From contig JAWKRM010000020.1 of NCBI GenBank assembly GCA_041389625.1, positions 14,930-78,929 of the forward strand: 64,000 nucleotides of DNA, read 5' to 3'. Made by a program: the position numbers and the translations under genes. The notes below the pieces were generated by a model. That model ran no database searches. It was not told the DNA's origin and saw only the letters and a list, made by a program, of their open reading frames with translations. Shown here piece by piece: positions 33,393 to 42,054 of the stretch. Origin of the DNA: Polyangiales bacterium. GTDB lineage: Bacteria > Myxococcota_A > Polyangia > Polyangiales > JAWKRM01. How positions within the stretch are numbered: position 1 is the first letter of the stretch; every line of letters starts with the position of its first letter.

Positions 33393-33467
33393 GGCGCCGG
33401 ATTCTAGGGCGCAGGGAGGGAAGGACAAGCGAGACGAACGCGGAACGTGCGAATCGCTCCGGCGTGC

Positions 33468-36254
33468 TCAACCGGCGTCGGCGTTCTCTTCGCCCGCGCC
33501 CGCGGCTTTCCCCTTGGTCGCCTTGGCCTTCTTCGCCTTAGGAGCCTTGGGAGCCTTCGGCTCCTTCGCGGCCTTGGCCTTCGTGGTCTTCGCCTTCGCG
33601 GTCTTGCGCTTGCCGCCACCGCCGCGCTTGCCGCCGCCGGGCGTCTTGCCCTTCGCGGCGTCGTATTCGCGTCGAAGCTGAAGCAACTCGTGCGCGCGCT
33701 CGGGCGCGATGCTCGCCGGGTCGTCCTGCGCGCGCAGCGAGGCGTTCGTGATGCCATCCGTCACGTAGTGGCCGAAACGGCCCGCACGCAGCGTGATGGG
33801 CTTGCCCGACACCGGGTCGTCGCCCAGCGTCTTGAGGACCGACTGGGCCGCGGCTCGCTGACGGCGCTGCTTCGGCTGCTTCAAGAGCTCCACGGCCTCC
33901 GGAACGGTGATCGTGAAGATCTGCGCGTCGCTCTCCAGGCTCCGGTTCTCCGTGCCCTTCGTGATGTACGCGCCGTAACGGCCGTTGGTCGCGGTGATCT
34001 CCTGGCCGTCCTCCGGATCCACACCCACCACACGCGGGAGGGAAAGGAGCGCGACGGCCTGCTCAAAGGTGAGCTCCTCGGGCTTTTGGCTCTGGAGGAG
34101 GGACGCGGTCTTGGGCTTCTCTTCGCCCTCGCCCGCTTCGCCAAGCTGCACGTAGGCGCCGTAGCGGCCCTTGCGGAGATAGACAGCCTTGTCGGTCTCC
34201 GGGTCTCGACCGAGCTCGACGTCGCCCGACGGCATTGCGAGGAGTTCGAGGGCCTTCTCAAGCGTGAGTTCGTCGGGCGGCATGTTCTCGCCGACGCTCA
34301 CCGTGTCTTCGCCGCGCTGGAGGTACGGGCCGTACCGACCCACACGGACCACCACGTCCACGCCATTCGGGTCCTGCCCGAGGGGGAGCGTATTGATGGC
34401 GCGCGCATCGATGATGCCGAGCTGCTCGGACACCATCGCGTGGAGCCCAAGCTCGCCGTGGACCCCGTTTTTCGCGGCCTCCTGCCCTTCTTCGGCGCCA
34501 AAATAGAAGCGCTTGAGCCACGGCGTCGTGCGCGCGGAACCCGCGGCGATGGCGTCGAGGTCGTCTTCCATCTTCGCGGTGAACGCGTAATCGATGAGGT
34601 GATCGAAGTGCTGCTCGAGCAGCGAGATGACCGCAAACGCCGTGAACGAGGGAACGAGCGCCGTGCCCTTCTTCCACACGTAGCCGCGGTCGAGGATGGT
34701 GCTCACCGTCGACGCGTAGGTCGACGGGCGGCCGACGCCGAGTTCTTCCAGCCGACGCACGAGCGACGCTTCCGTGAAGCGCGCCGGCGGCTGGGTCTCG
34801 TGGCCTTCGCCCGTGGCGTCGTTGCACGACACGGTGTCGCCTTCGGCGAGCGGCGGGATGACCTTCTCCATCTCGCCGAGCTCCGCGCTCGGGTCGTCGC
34901 TGCCTTCGACGTACGCACGGAGGAAGCCGGGGAACGTGATCGTGTTGCCGCTCGACGTGAACGTGACGTCGCCCTTGCTCGTCTTGCCCGTGAGCTTCAC
35001 GGACACGCGCTGTCCTGCGGCGTCTTCCATCTGCGACGCCACCGTGCGCTTCCAGATGAGCTCGTAGAGACGTGCCTCGTCGAGCTCGACCTCGCGCGCG
35101 ATTTCCTCGGGCGTCCGGAACACGTCGCCCGCCGGGCGAATGGCTTCGTGGGCCTCCTGCGCGTTCTTCACCTTCTTGGTGTAAACGCGGGGTGCCTTCG
35201 GCACGTAGTCCTGGCCGTACATGCGGCCAATCTGTGCGCGCGCCGCCACGAGGGCCGTTTCGGACAGCGTGGTGCTGTCGGTACGCATGTACGTGATGTA
35301 GCCGGCCTCGTAGAGCCGCTGTGCCGCGCGCATGGTGCGCGACGTGGAGAACTTGAGCTTGCGCCCCGCCTCCTGCTGCAGCGTCGACGTCATGAACGGC
35401 GCCGCGGGCGACTTCTTGTAGGGCTTCTGCTCCACGGAACTCACCGTGAGCGAGCTGCCCTTGAGGTCCGTGGCGATCTGCGTCGCGCCCGCCTCGTCGA
35501 GGAGGAGCACGTCGGTCTTCTCAAGCGCGCCGTTCTCGCCGAAGTCCTTGCCCGAAGCGATGCGCTGATCGGCCACGGCCACGAGGCCCGCGTCGAACTC
35601 GGCGCCGCCCGCAGGCACGAACTTCCCGGTCACGTCCCAGTACTTCGCCGCGCGGAAACGCATGCGCGCCCGCTCGCGGTCGACGATGATGCGCGTCGCC
35701 ACGCTCTGGACGCGCCCGGCCGACAGGCGCGGGAGCACCTTCTTCCAGAGCACGGGCGACACTTCGTACCCGTAGAGCCGATCCAAAATGCGGCGGGCTT
35801 CCTGCGCGTCGACGAGGTTCCGGTTGAGCTCCCGGGGGCTCTCCACGGCGGCCTTGATCGCCTGCGGGGTGATCTCGTGGAACACCATGCGGCGCACGGG
35901 CACCTTCGGGTCGAGCACCTCGAGCAGGTGCCACGCGATGGACTCCCCCTCGCGGTCTTCGTCGGTTGCGAGCAGGAGCTCGTCGCTGTCCTGGACGAGC
36001 TTCTTGAGTTTCGCGATGTGCTGCTTCTTTTCCGGGTCGACCACGTAGAGCGGCTTGAAGTCGTTCTCGATGTCGACGCCCAGGCGGGCCCAGGGCTGCT
36101 TCTTGTACTGGGGCGGAATATCCGCGGCGCGCTTCGGCAGATCCCGGATGTGGCCGATGGACGATTCCACGACGTATTCGTCCCCGAGATACTTGGCGAT
36201 GGTCTTCGCCTTCGCCGGGGACTCGACAATTACGAGTGATTTCGTCGCCGCCAT
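33468..36254 (-). CDS. topA: DNA topoisomerase I (type IA) with repeat-type, zinc-finger-less C-terminal domain and a Lys-rich tail
   Basis: TOPRIM region KSLVIVESPAKAKTIAKYLG..., DEDREGE, and the active-site region GYITYMRTDS are present. There are four GR(Y/F)G(P/A/H)Y repeats and no Cys4 motifs. The tail is KAKTTKAKAAKEPKAPKAPKAKKAKATKGK. Confidence 0.92.
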   Translation of the reverse strand: MAATKSLVIVESPAKAKTIAKYLGDEYVVESSIGHIRDLPKRAADIPPQYKKQPWARLGVDIENDFKPLYVVDPEKKQHIAKLKKLVQDSDELLLATDEDREGESIAWHLLEVLDPKVPVRRMVFHEITPQAIKAAVESPRELNRNLVDAQEARRILDRLYGYEVSPVLWKKVLPRLSAGRVQSVATRIIVDRERARMRFRAAKYWDVTGKFVPAGGAEFDAGLVAVADQRIASGKDFGENGALEKTDVLLLDEAGATQIATDLKGSSLTVSSVEQKPYKKSPAAPFMTSTLQQEAGRKLKFSTSRTMRAAQRLYEAGYITYMRTDSTTLSETALVAARAQIGRMYGQDYVPKAPRVYTKKVKNAQEAHEAIRPAGDVFRTPEEIAREVELDEARLYELIWKRTVASQMEDAAGQRVSVKLTGKTSKGDVTFTSSGNTITFPGFLRAYVEGSDDPSAELGEMEKVIPPLAEGDTVSCNDATGEGHETQPPARFTEASLVRRLEELGVGRPSTYASTVSTILDRGYVWKKGTALVPSFTAFAVISLLEQHFDHLIDYAFTAKMEDDLDAIAAGSARTTPWLKRFYFGAEEGQEAAKNGVHGELGLHAMVSEQLGIIDARAINTLPLGQDPNGVDVVVRVGRYGPYLQRGEDTVSVGENMPPDELTLEKALELLAMPSGDVELGRDPETDKAVYLRKGRYGAYVQLGEAGEGEEKPKTASLLQSQKPEELTFEQAVALLSLPRVVGVDPEDGQEITATNGRYGAYITKGTENRSLESDAQIFTITVPEAVELLKQPKQRRQRAAAQSVLKTLGDDPVSGKPITLRAGRFGHYVTDGITNASLRAQDDPASIAPERAHELLQLRREYDAAKGKTPGGGKRGGGGKRKTAKAKTTKAKAAKEPKAPKAPKAKKAKATKGKAAGAGEENADAG

Positions 36255-36365
36255 AGGGGGCCTAGCTATGCGGGCAAAGCTCGACGTTTGCAACTGAGGG
36301 GCTCAAAATGATCCGAACCCTATGAAATCACGTCGCTTCCCTCTCATTCGGGGTCACGGACGGCT

Positions 36366-37712
36366 ATGATTCGGAGGCCCATGCAGGACGGCACGCGGTG
36401 GATTTCGGGGTGGGGCGGCCAGGGTGCCTACGGGCACGCGGTGGCGTCCGAGCGCCTCGAACAGGCAACCCAGGGGGCCCAGCTCGCGCGGGGCCTCGGG
36501 CGCTCCTACGGCGACTCCGCGGTGCCGGCCCGCGAGGAGGACATCGTCGTCCAGACGCCACTCGCCGACCGTGTCCTCGCCTTCGACGAGGAGTCGGGGC
36601 GTATCACCGCCGAAGCGGGCTTCCCCCTCGTGGACCTGGTGCGGAGCTTCCTCCCGCGGCGCTGGGTCACGCCCGTCACGCCCGGCACGAAGTTCGTCAC
36701 GGTGGGCGGCATGGTGGCCTCCGATGTGCACGGCAAGAACCACCACGTGAACGGGTGTTTCGGCACCGCAGTCGAGTCGCTCACCATCCGCGTGGCCGAC
36801 GGCCGCATCGTGAAGTGTTCTCGCACGGAGCACCCGGATCTCTTCCGCGCGACCCTCGGCGGCATGGGGCTCACGGGTCACATCCTGACCGTCACGTTCA
36901 AGCTCGAGCGCGTGCCGTCGCCGTGGATCTGGCAAGAGACCACGCGCGTGCCCGACATCGACGCCTACGTCGAGGGCCTGAAGTCCGCGGCGAAGAAGTG
37001 GCCCATGACCATGGGCTGGATCGACTGCGTATCGCGCGGCAAACACCTCGGGCGCGGCATATTGATGCGCGGGCGTTGGGCCTCGGCGGAGGAGGCACCC
37101 AAGCGCGCGCCCAAGGAGCACAAGAAACTCCGCGTCCCGTTCTACCTCCCGAGCTTCGCCATCAACCCGTGGACGGTGCGCGCGTTCAACCAGCTCTACT
37201 ACTGGAAGCACATTCCCGTGGACCGCCGCGGCATCGTGCACCCCGACACGTTCTTCTACCCCCTCGACGCCATCCACGACTGGAACCGGCTCTACGGGCG
37301 CCGCGGCTTTACGCAATACCAGTGCGTGCTGCCGACCGAAGCGGGCGCCGACGTGGCCCGGCGCTTCATGGAGCTCCTGGCCTCCACGGGTGCCGCATCG
37401 CCCCTCTGCGTCATCAAGGACTGCGGACCCGAGGGCCTCGGCATCCTCTCCTTCCCGAAGCCGGGCATCTCGGTGGCCGTCGACATGCCCATCCGCGGCG
37501 ACACGCAGGACGTGGTCGACCGGTTGAACGAGTTCGTCATTGAGGCGGGCGGCCGCATCTACCTGACGAAGGACGGGTTCACGCGCCCGGAACATTTCCG
37601 GGCGATGGAGCCGAGGCTCGCCGAGTTTGAGCGCGTGCGCCGCGAGTGGGACCCGACACGTCGATTTCGGAGCGCCCAATCCGTTCGCGTGTTAGGGGAT
37701 CCCCTCCCATGA
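36366..37712 (+). CDS. FAD-dependent oxidase, DprE1-like (polyprenyl-phospho-ribose 2'-oxidase homologue)
   Basis: It is collinear with my recollection of M. tuberculosis DprE1: GWGG.., ARGLGRSYGDSA, VTVGGMVASDVHGKNHH, GGMGLTGHIL, FFYPLDAIHDWNRLYGRRGFTQYQCVLP, GGRIYLTKD. Confidence 0.8.
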   Translation: MIRRPMQDGTRWISGWGGQGAYGHAVASERLEQATQGAQLARGLGRSYGDSAVPAREEDIVVQTPLADRVLAFDEESGRITAEAGFPLVDLVRSFLPRRWVTPVTPGTKFVTVGGMVASDVHGKNHHVNGCFGTAVESLTIRVADGRIVKCSRTEHPDLFRATLGGMGLTGHILTVTFKLERVPSPWIWQETTRVPDIDAYVEGLKSAAKKWPMTMGWIDCVSRGKHLGRGILMRGRWASAEEAPKRAPKEHKKLRVPFYLPSFAINPWTVRAFNQLYYWKHIPVDRRGIVHPDTFFYPLDAIHDWNRLYGRRGFTQYQCVLPTEAGADVARRFMELLASTGAASPLCVIKDCGPEGLGILSFPKPGISVAVDMPIRGDTQDVVDRLNEFVIEAGGRIYLTKDGFTRPEHFRAMEPRLAEFERVRREWDPTRRFRSAQSVRVLGDPLP

Positions 37713-38449
37713 AGGCAGTCATCCTCGGAGCCACCAAGGGCATGGGCCGCGCCATGGCCCGCGCCATGGTCGAACGCGGCGACACCGTGTTCCTCCTCGG
37801 CCGCGACAAGGCCGAGCTCGACAAGAGCGCCGCCGACCTACGCGCCCGCGCCGGCACCGACCGCGTGCCCGGCGTGCACGCCTGCGACCTGGCGAACCCG
37901 GACAGCTTCGAAGCGGCGCTCTCCGCCGCGGAGGCGGGCCTCGACGGCCTCGACGTGGTCGTCGTCACCGCGGCGCTCTTCGGCACGCAGGACGAGCTCG
38001 AGGCGGACACGAAGCGCCTCCGGGACCTCCTCACCGTGAACTTCGCCCACACGATCCTCTTCTGCGAGGCGGCCCGGAAGCGTCTCCTCGCCCGCGGCGG
38101 CGGCACGCTCTGCGTGTTCTCGTCGGTCGCCGGCGAACGCGGCCGGAAGCCCGTCATCCTCTACGGCGCCACGAAGGCGGGCCTCTCGGCCTACCTCGAG
38201 GGCCTCGATCACAAGTTCCGCGCCGCGGGCCTCGTCACGGTGTGCGTGAAGCCCGGCTTCGTGAAGACGGGCATGACCGCCGGCCTCAAGCCGCCCCCGT
38301 TCGCCGGGGAGCCCGACGGCGTCGCGAACGACGTTCTCCGCGCCATCACGGCCAAGAAGCCCGTCGTCTACACCCCCGCCATGTGGCGTTTGGTCATGCT
38401 CGTCATCCGAAGCCTCCCGCGCTTCGTCATGCGCAAGATCAACTTCTAG
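37709..38449 (+). CDS. Short-chain dehydrogenase, DprE2-like (2-keto-ribose reductase homologue)
   Basis: ILGATKGMGRA is a Rossmann motif and YGATKAG is the YxxxK catalytic motif. The C-terminal ..VVYTPAMWRLVMLVIRSLPRFVMRKINF matches the characteristic DprE2 tail. The start overlaps the DprE1-like stop (ATGA). Confidence 0.75.
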   Translation: MKAVILGATKGMGRAMARAMVERGDTVFLLGRDKAELDKSAADLRARAGTDRVPGVHACDLANPDSFEAALSAAEAGLDGLDVVVVTAALFGTQDELEADTKRLRDLLTVNFAHTILFCEAARKRLLARGGGTLCVFSSVAGERGRKPVILYGATKAGLSAYLEGLDHKFRAAGLVTVCVKPGFVKTGMTAGLKPPPFAGEPDGVANDVLRAITAKKPVVYTPAMWRLVMLVIRSLPRFVMRKINF

Positions 38450-38474
38450 AGCGCACATCTTTTGCGTCGACCCC

Positions 38475-38665
38475 GGCTTACGTCCGGTGCTCGAGGGTCC
38501 GGCGAATGCAACGGGCTTTGCCGGGTCCACGACGAGGGTTGAACGCGTTCGCTTCGCGTTGAGCGCGAGCGCGCCCGGAGCGCAGGAGCGAAGCGGTACG
38601 TAGGTACCGCGAGCTCCGAGCACCGGACGTAAGCCGCGCTCAGCGCGAATGGAACGCGTTCAACC
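38475..38665. repeat. Compound, interleaved inverted repeats filling the convergent intergenic spacer
   Basis: A (38475-38493, GGCTTACGTCCGGTGCTCG) pairs perfectly with A' (38617-38635). B (38537-38566) pairs 27/30 with B' (38636-38665). A central hairpin GCGGTAC-gtag-GTACCGC lies at 38593-38610. The order is A-B-hairpin-A'-B'. Confidence 0.6.
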
Positions 38666-40593
38666 TACTGTTCGACGCAGTAGAGGCGATAGACGTTTTG
38701 GCACGTCGCCGTGCTCGAACTGCTCCAGGAGTTGCCCGTCGTGTTCGTGAGGCCGTACACGCCGGTCACCCCGGACGAGCTGCTCGACCAACCCGTGCAG
38801 GTCTGGGACGAAACGGTTCCGTTCTCGTCCGTGCCCGTCCAAGCCACGTAGGGCGACGCCACGGCAATGCCGTACTCGGTCACGTCGATGGCGTGGTCGA
38901 TCGACCCATCCGTGAGATCTGTCCAGTCGTCCGCCACCTGCGTGCCGTTCGGCAGCTTGTAGGGCACCGTCGAGTGGGTGATGAAGCGGTTCGTCGGATT
39001 GTTCGAGTTGTCCGAGAGCCACGCCTGCCAGACACCGGTCAGGCCACCCGCGTTCGCGCGCAGCTGGCACTGGTAGTCCGCGTCGGAGAGCGAATCGAAG
39101 GCGCCGTCGTACTTCGTCGAGGTGACAAAGATCCGAAGGTTCGAAACGCACCCTGCGCCCGCACACACCTCACCGACACCACACGCGTTGCCGCATGCGA
39201 GGCAGTTGGTCTCCGTGCCGAGCGCGGTTTCGCAGCCGTTGCCCGCTTGGCCAAGGCCAAGGTCGCTATTGCAGTCGGCCTGACCTTCAGCACATTCAAC
39301 TTCGCACGAACTCGAACCGTCGCACGCGTTGACCGCACCGCTCGGCGCGACCCCACCGCAGGTGGAGCCGATGCTGCGCGGAACCCAACTCGTCGGATTC
39401 GTGGTCGAGCGGCAGCGCTCGCAGTCGTTGCCCGGGTTGAGCGCCGCGTTCGCGTAGCAGGTCCCCGTGATGAGGCAGTTGCCCGCGATCAGCGCGTTCT
39501 CGCAAACGTCTGAGCCTTCGTTGCACGTGTCCGTCGTGCAAGTAAGACCATCGCTGCAATCGCGCACCGAGCCGCCGCAGGAGCCTGCGCCGTCACACAC
39601 GTCGGTCACGGTGCAGAACTGGCCGTCGTCGCACGCCGTGTTGAGCGCCTTCGGCGACCACGCGGTCTTCGACTTCGAGGGGTCACAAACCTCGCACTGG
39701 TTGCCCGAATTGGTTGTGCCGCTCGCGATGCACATGTTCGAGATCACGCAGAAGCCAGCGTCGACAGGCGCGTCGCACGAATCGCTCGCCTCGTTGCAGC
39801 TGTCCGTCGTGCACGCGAGGCTGTCGTCACAAACGCGGGCGACGCCGCCGCAGGTGCCCGACGTGCAGGAATCGGAAACGGTGCAGTACAAACCATCGTC
39901 ACAGGAGGTTGTGTCGGGCCGCACCGAGTAGGCCGAGGTCGACTGCGCCGGGTCGCAGAATTGGCAAGAGTTCGCCGGGTTCGCCGCGTTGGCATTCTTG
40001 CACGCACCGCCGATGAGACAGCGGTTCGGCAGGAGGGTGCTCTCGCAGGAGTCCGTGGTTTCGTTGCAGGTGTCCGTCGTGCACGACTTGCCGTCGCTGC
40101 AGTTGCGCATGGTGCCGCCGCAGGTGCCGTCCGTGCACTTGTCGGAGTCTGTGCAGTAGAAGCCGTCGTCGCAGGCCGTGTTGTTCGCCTTGTTGGCGGT
40201 CGTGCACATGCCCGTCATGGGATTGCAGACGCCCACGGTGCACGCCGTGTCCATACCGCTGCAGTCGACGCCCTCACAGAGGTCGGTGCCACCGTCGGTC
40301 ATCGCGCCGCCATCGGTGCCGCCGTCGGCCATCATGCCGCCGTCCGTACCGCCGTCGGTCATCATGCCGCCGTCCTCTTCACCACCGTCGTTCATGGTGC
40401 CGCCGTCTTCCTCGCCACCGTCTTTCACGGCTCCGCCGTCCTGGCCCGCGTCCTTGCGCGTCGAACCGTCTTCCTTGGTTCGTCCGTCCGTGGGTGCGTC
40501 GGAGCCGCCGTCGGTCGTTCCGCCGTTCACGCTTCCGCAACCCCAGGCGAACGCCAGCACAGCGAGACTTGAAAGAAGTGCAATCCGACGCAT
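38665..40593 (-). CDS. Secreted lipoprotein: Gly/Asp-rich tandem repeats, about 8 Cys-rich C.DG..CT.D.C modules, and a C-terminal endostatin-like domain
   Basis: The signal/lipobox is LAVLAFAWGC. Repeated modules of the type CDDG.YCT.SD.C..G.CGG..R.C.D...CTTD.CNE..D.C are present. The last 156 aa align by eye with collagen XVIII endostatin, including four ordered Cys residues. Confidence 0.75.
   Translation of the reverse strand: MRRIALLSSLAVLAFAWGCGSVNGGTTDGGSDAPTDGRTKEDGSTRKDAGQDGGAVKDGGEEDGGTMNDGGEEDGGMMTDGGTDGGMMADGGTDGGAMTDGGTDLCEGVDCSGMDTACTVGVCNPMTGMCTTANKANNTACDDGFYCTDSDKCTDGTCGGTMRNCSDGKSCTTDTCNETTDSCESTLLPNRCLIGGACKNANAANPANSCQFCDPAQSTSAYSVRPDTTSCDDGLYCTVSDSCTSGTCGGVARVCDDSLACTTDSCNEASDSCDAPVDAGFCVISNMCIASGTTNSGNQCEVCDPSKSKTAWSPKALNTACDDGQFCTVTDVCDGAGSCGGSVRDCSDGLTCTTDTCNEGSDVCENALIAGNCLITGTCYANAALNPGNDCERCRSTTNPTSWVPRSIGSTCGGVAPSGAVNACDGSSSCEVECAEGQADCNSDLGLGQAGNGCETALGTETNCLACGNACGVGEVCAGAGCVSNLRIFVTSTKYDGAFDSLSDADYQCQLRANAGGLTGVWQAWLSDNSNNPTNRFITHSTVPYKLPNGTQVADDWTDLTDGSIDHAIDVTEYGIAVASPYVAWTGTDENGTVSSQTCTGWSSSSSGVTGVYGLTNTTGNSWSSSSTATCQNVYRLYCVEQ
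40282..40440 (-). repeat. In-frame tandem repeat encoding (D-G-G-[TE]-[DE]-D/G-G-[GMA]-M-x)n
   Basis: The peptide is DGGAVKDGGEEDGGTMNDGGEEDGGMMTDGGTDGGMMADGGTDGGAMTDGGTD. The nucleotide level shows matching ~24-nt periodic units (gccgccgtc[g/c]gtcatca[t]...). Confidence 0.7.
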
Positions 40594-40750
40594 GCGATCC
40601 CCCTAAGACTGAAAGCGAGGCGTTGAGGGTACCGAACCCGTCGCGTGCATCGCAAGTCCGCGACCGAATCGCGAGGCGCACATCTCCGCACGTTTCAACG
40701 AACGGTGGACGCAAGCACCGTCGAATGACTCGAAATCCAGCCGGAGCGAA

Positions 40751-42007
40751 TCAGTGCGCGAGCCAGCGCACGAGGGCGCCAAGCGCCGCAGCCGCACCGA
40801 GGACCGCCATGCCCCATCCCCAAACGGAAACGGAACCGCTGTCGTTCTCGGGTCTTGCGGGAACGGGCGTACGCGGGATTCGGCGGACGGCCGAGATGTC
40901 GGGCGTGCGCACCTGCGCATCTGTCTCGGGGGGGAACGACTCCAGCCACACCGGCTCACTAGCCTGCTCACGCTCGCGACGCGCACTCACGCTGTTCTCG
41001 GCGAAGTGCTCCGCGAGGAACTCCCCGAACTTGAGCTGCGATGCGAGGAGCTTTGTGCGCGCGGCGTAGGTGTCCAAGTCCGCGAGGAAGTCCGCCGCCG
41101 TGAGGTACCGGTCGATGGGGTCGCGACCGAGGGCGCGATCCAAAATGGCCTGCAGAATCGCGTGCTCGCGAAGCTTGGCGCCGGGAAGCGGAGGCGCATT
41201 CCCTTCCCGCGCGCGGGCGAACATCTCTTCGGGGGTGCCGCGGATCATGCGCCGACCCGCGCAAAGCTCCCAAAGCAGCACGCCGGCCGCGTAGATGTCC
41301 GCGCGGGCGTTCACGTCTTCACCGCGCGCCATCTCGGGCGCCATGTAGGCGGCCTTGCCGGCGAGGCGCGCGCGGGCCGCCGTGTTCTCGTCCACGCCGT
41401 CGTCGGGTCGCGCCAACGCGCGTGCGATGCCGAAGTCGCAGAGCTTGACCTCGCCCTCGAACGACACGAGCACATTCGTGGGCGACACGTCGCGGTGCAC
41501 GAGGCCGAGGGGTCGACCGTCGAGCCCACGCGCACGGTGCGCGTAGTCGAGGGCACGGAGCACCTCGCGCACGATGAGGAGCCCAAACTCGGCGGGCAGC
41601 GGAATCTTCGCCTTCGAAAGGCGCACAAGGAGTTGGTGAAGGTCGAAGCCTTCGACGTACTCCATCGCAATGAACAGGCGCCCCGACTCCCGCCCAAGGT
41701 CAAACACCTGAACGATGTTGGCGTGGTTGAGCTGCGCGGCGAGCTTCGCCTCGTGGATCAACATGCGCGCGAAATCCGGATCGCGGCTCAGGTGGGGGAG
41801 CACCCGCTTGACGACCACGCGACGCGACGAGCCGAGCCCCGTGTTCTCGCGCGCGAGGAAGATGTCGGCCATGCCGCCACGACCGATGTGATCGAAGAGC
41901 ATGTAGCGCCCGAAGACGCGTGGGAGCTCTGCGCCCGGCGTCGCCGGAATCACTTGGAGGGGGGCAGCCACGGCCGAGTTTTGACACGCGGCCATGCGCC
42001 CGCGCAA
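40751..42007 (-). CDS. Membrane-anchored Ser/Thr protein kinase (Hanks type)
   Basis: It has the Gly loop IGRGGMADIF, VVVKRV, the catalytic loop LVHRDVSPTNVLV, DFGIA, and APE. The C-terminal TM segment is WGWGMAVLGAAAALGALV. Confidence 0.88.
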   Translation of the reverse strand: MRGRMAACQNSAVAAPLQVIPATPGAELPRVFGRYMLFDHIGRGGMADIFLARENTGLGSSRRVVVKRVLPHLSRDPDFARMLIHEAKLAAQLNHANIVQVFDLGRESGRLFIAMEYVEGFDLHQLLVRLSKAKIPLPAEFGLLIVREVLRALDYAHRARGLDGRPLGLVHRDVSPTNVLVSFEGEVKLCDFGIARALARPDDGVDENTAARARLAGKAAYMAPEMARGEDVNARADIYAAGVLLWELCAGRRMIRGTPEEMFARAREGNAPPLPGAKLREHAILQAILDRALGRDPIDRYLTAADFLADLDTYAARTKLLASQLKFGEFLAEHFAENSVSARREREQASEPVWLESFPPETDAQVRTPDISAVRRIPRTPVPARPENDSGSVSVWGWGMAVLGAAAALGALVRWLAH

Positions 42008-42054
42008 GAAGACGCCCCGCGGCCCGAGGGGATCGCTCGAAGGGATCGCGCGCG

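Noticed and set aside
33447-36239. A 930-aa ORF on the plus strand, and similar very long ORFs at 7869-9521(-), 18132-19850(-), 3852-5987(+), 41920-43554(+), 60715-62106(+), 49020-50147(-) and 50980-52026(-).
   Set aside because: Each lies exactly antisense to, or out of frame with, a gene that has strong family motifs (topA, mcd, TPR-like gene, ecm, clp-like, SNF2, tdh, murJ). Their translations are Arg/Gly/Ala/Pro/His-rich with no motifs. These are the usual shadow ORFs of very GC-rich DNA.
38490-38520. GGTCCGGCGAATGCAAC resembles the SRP (4.5S) RNA motif GGUCCGGAAGGAAGCAGC.
   Set aside because: Identity stops after GGTCCGG. The symmetric-loop nucleotides and the closing helix of domain IV are absent. 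The surrounding sequence is better explained by the inverted-repeat structure.
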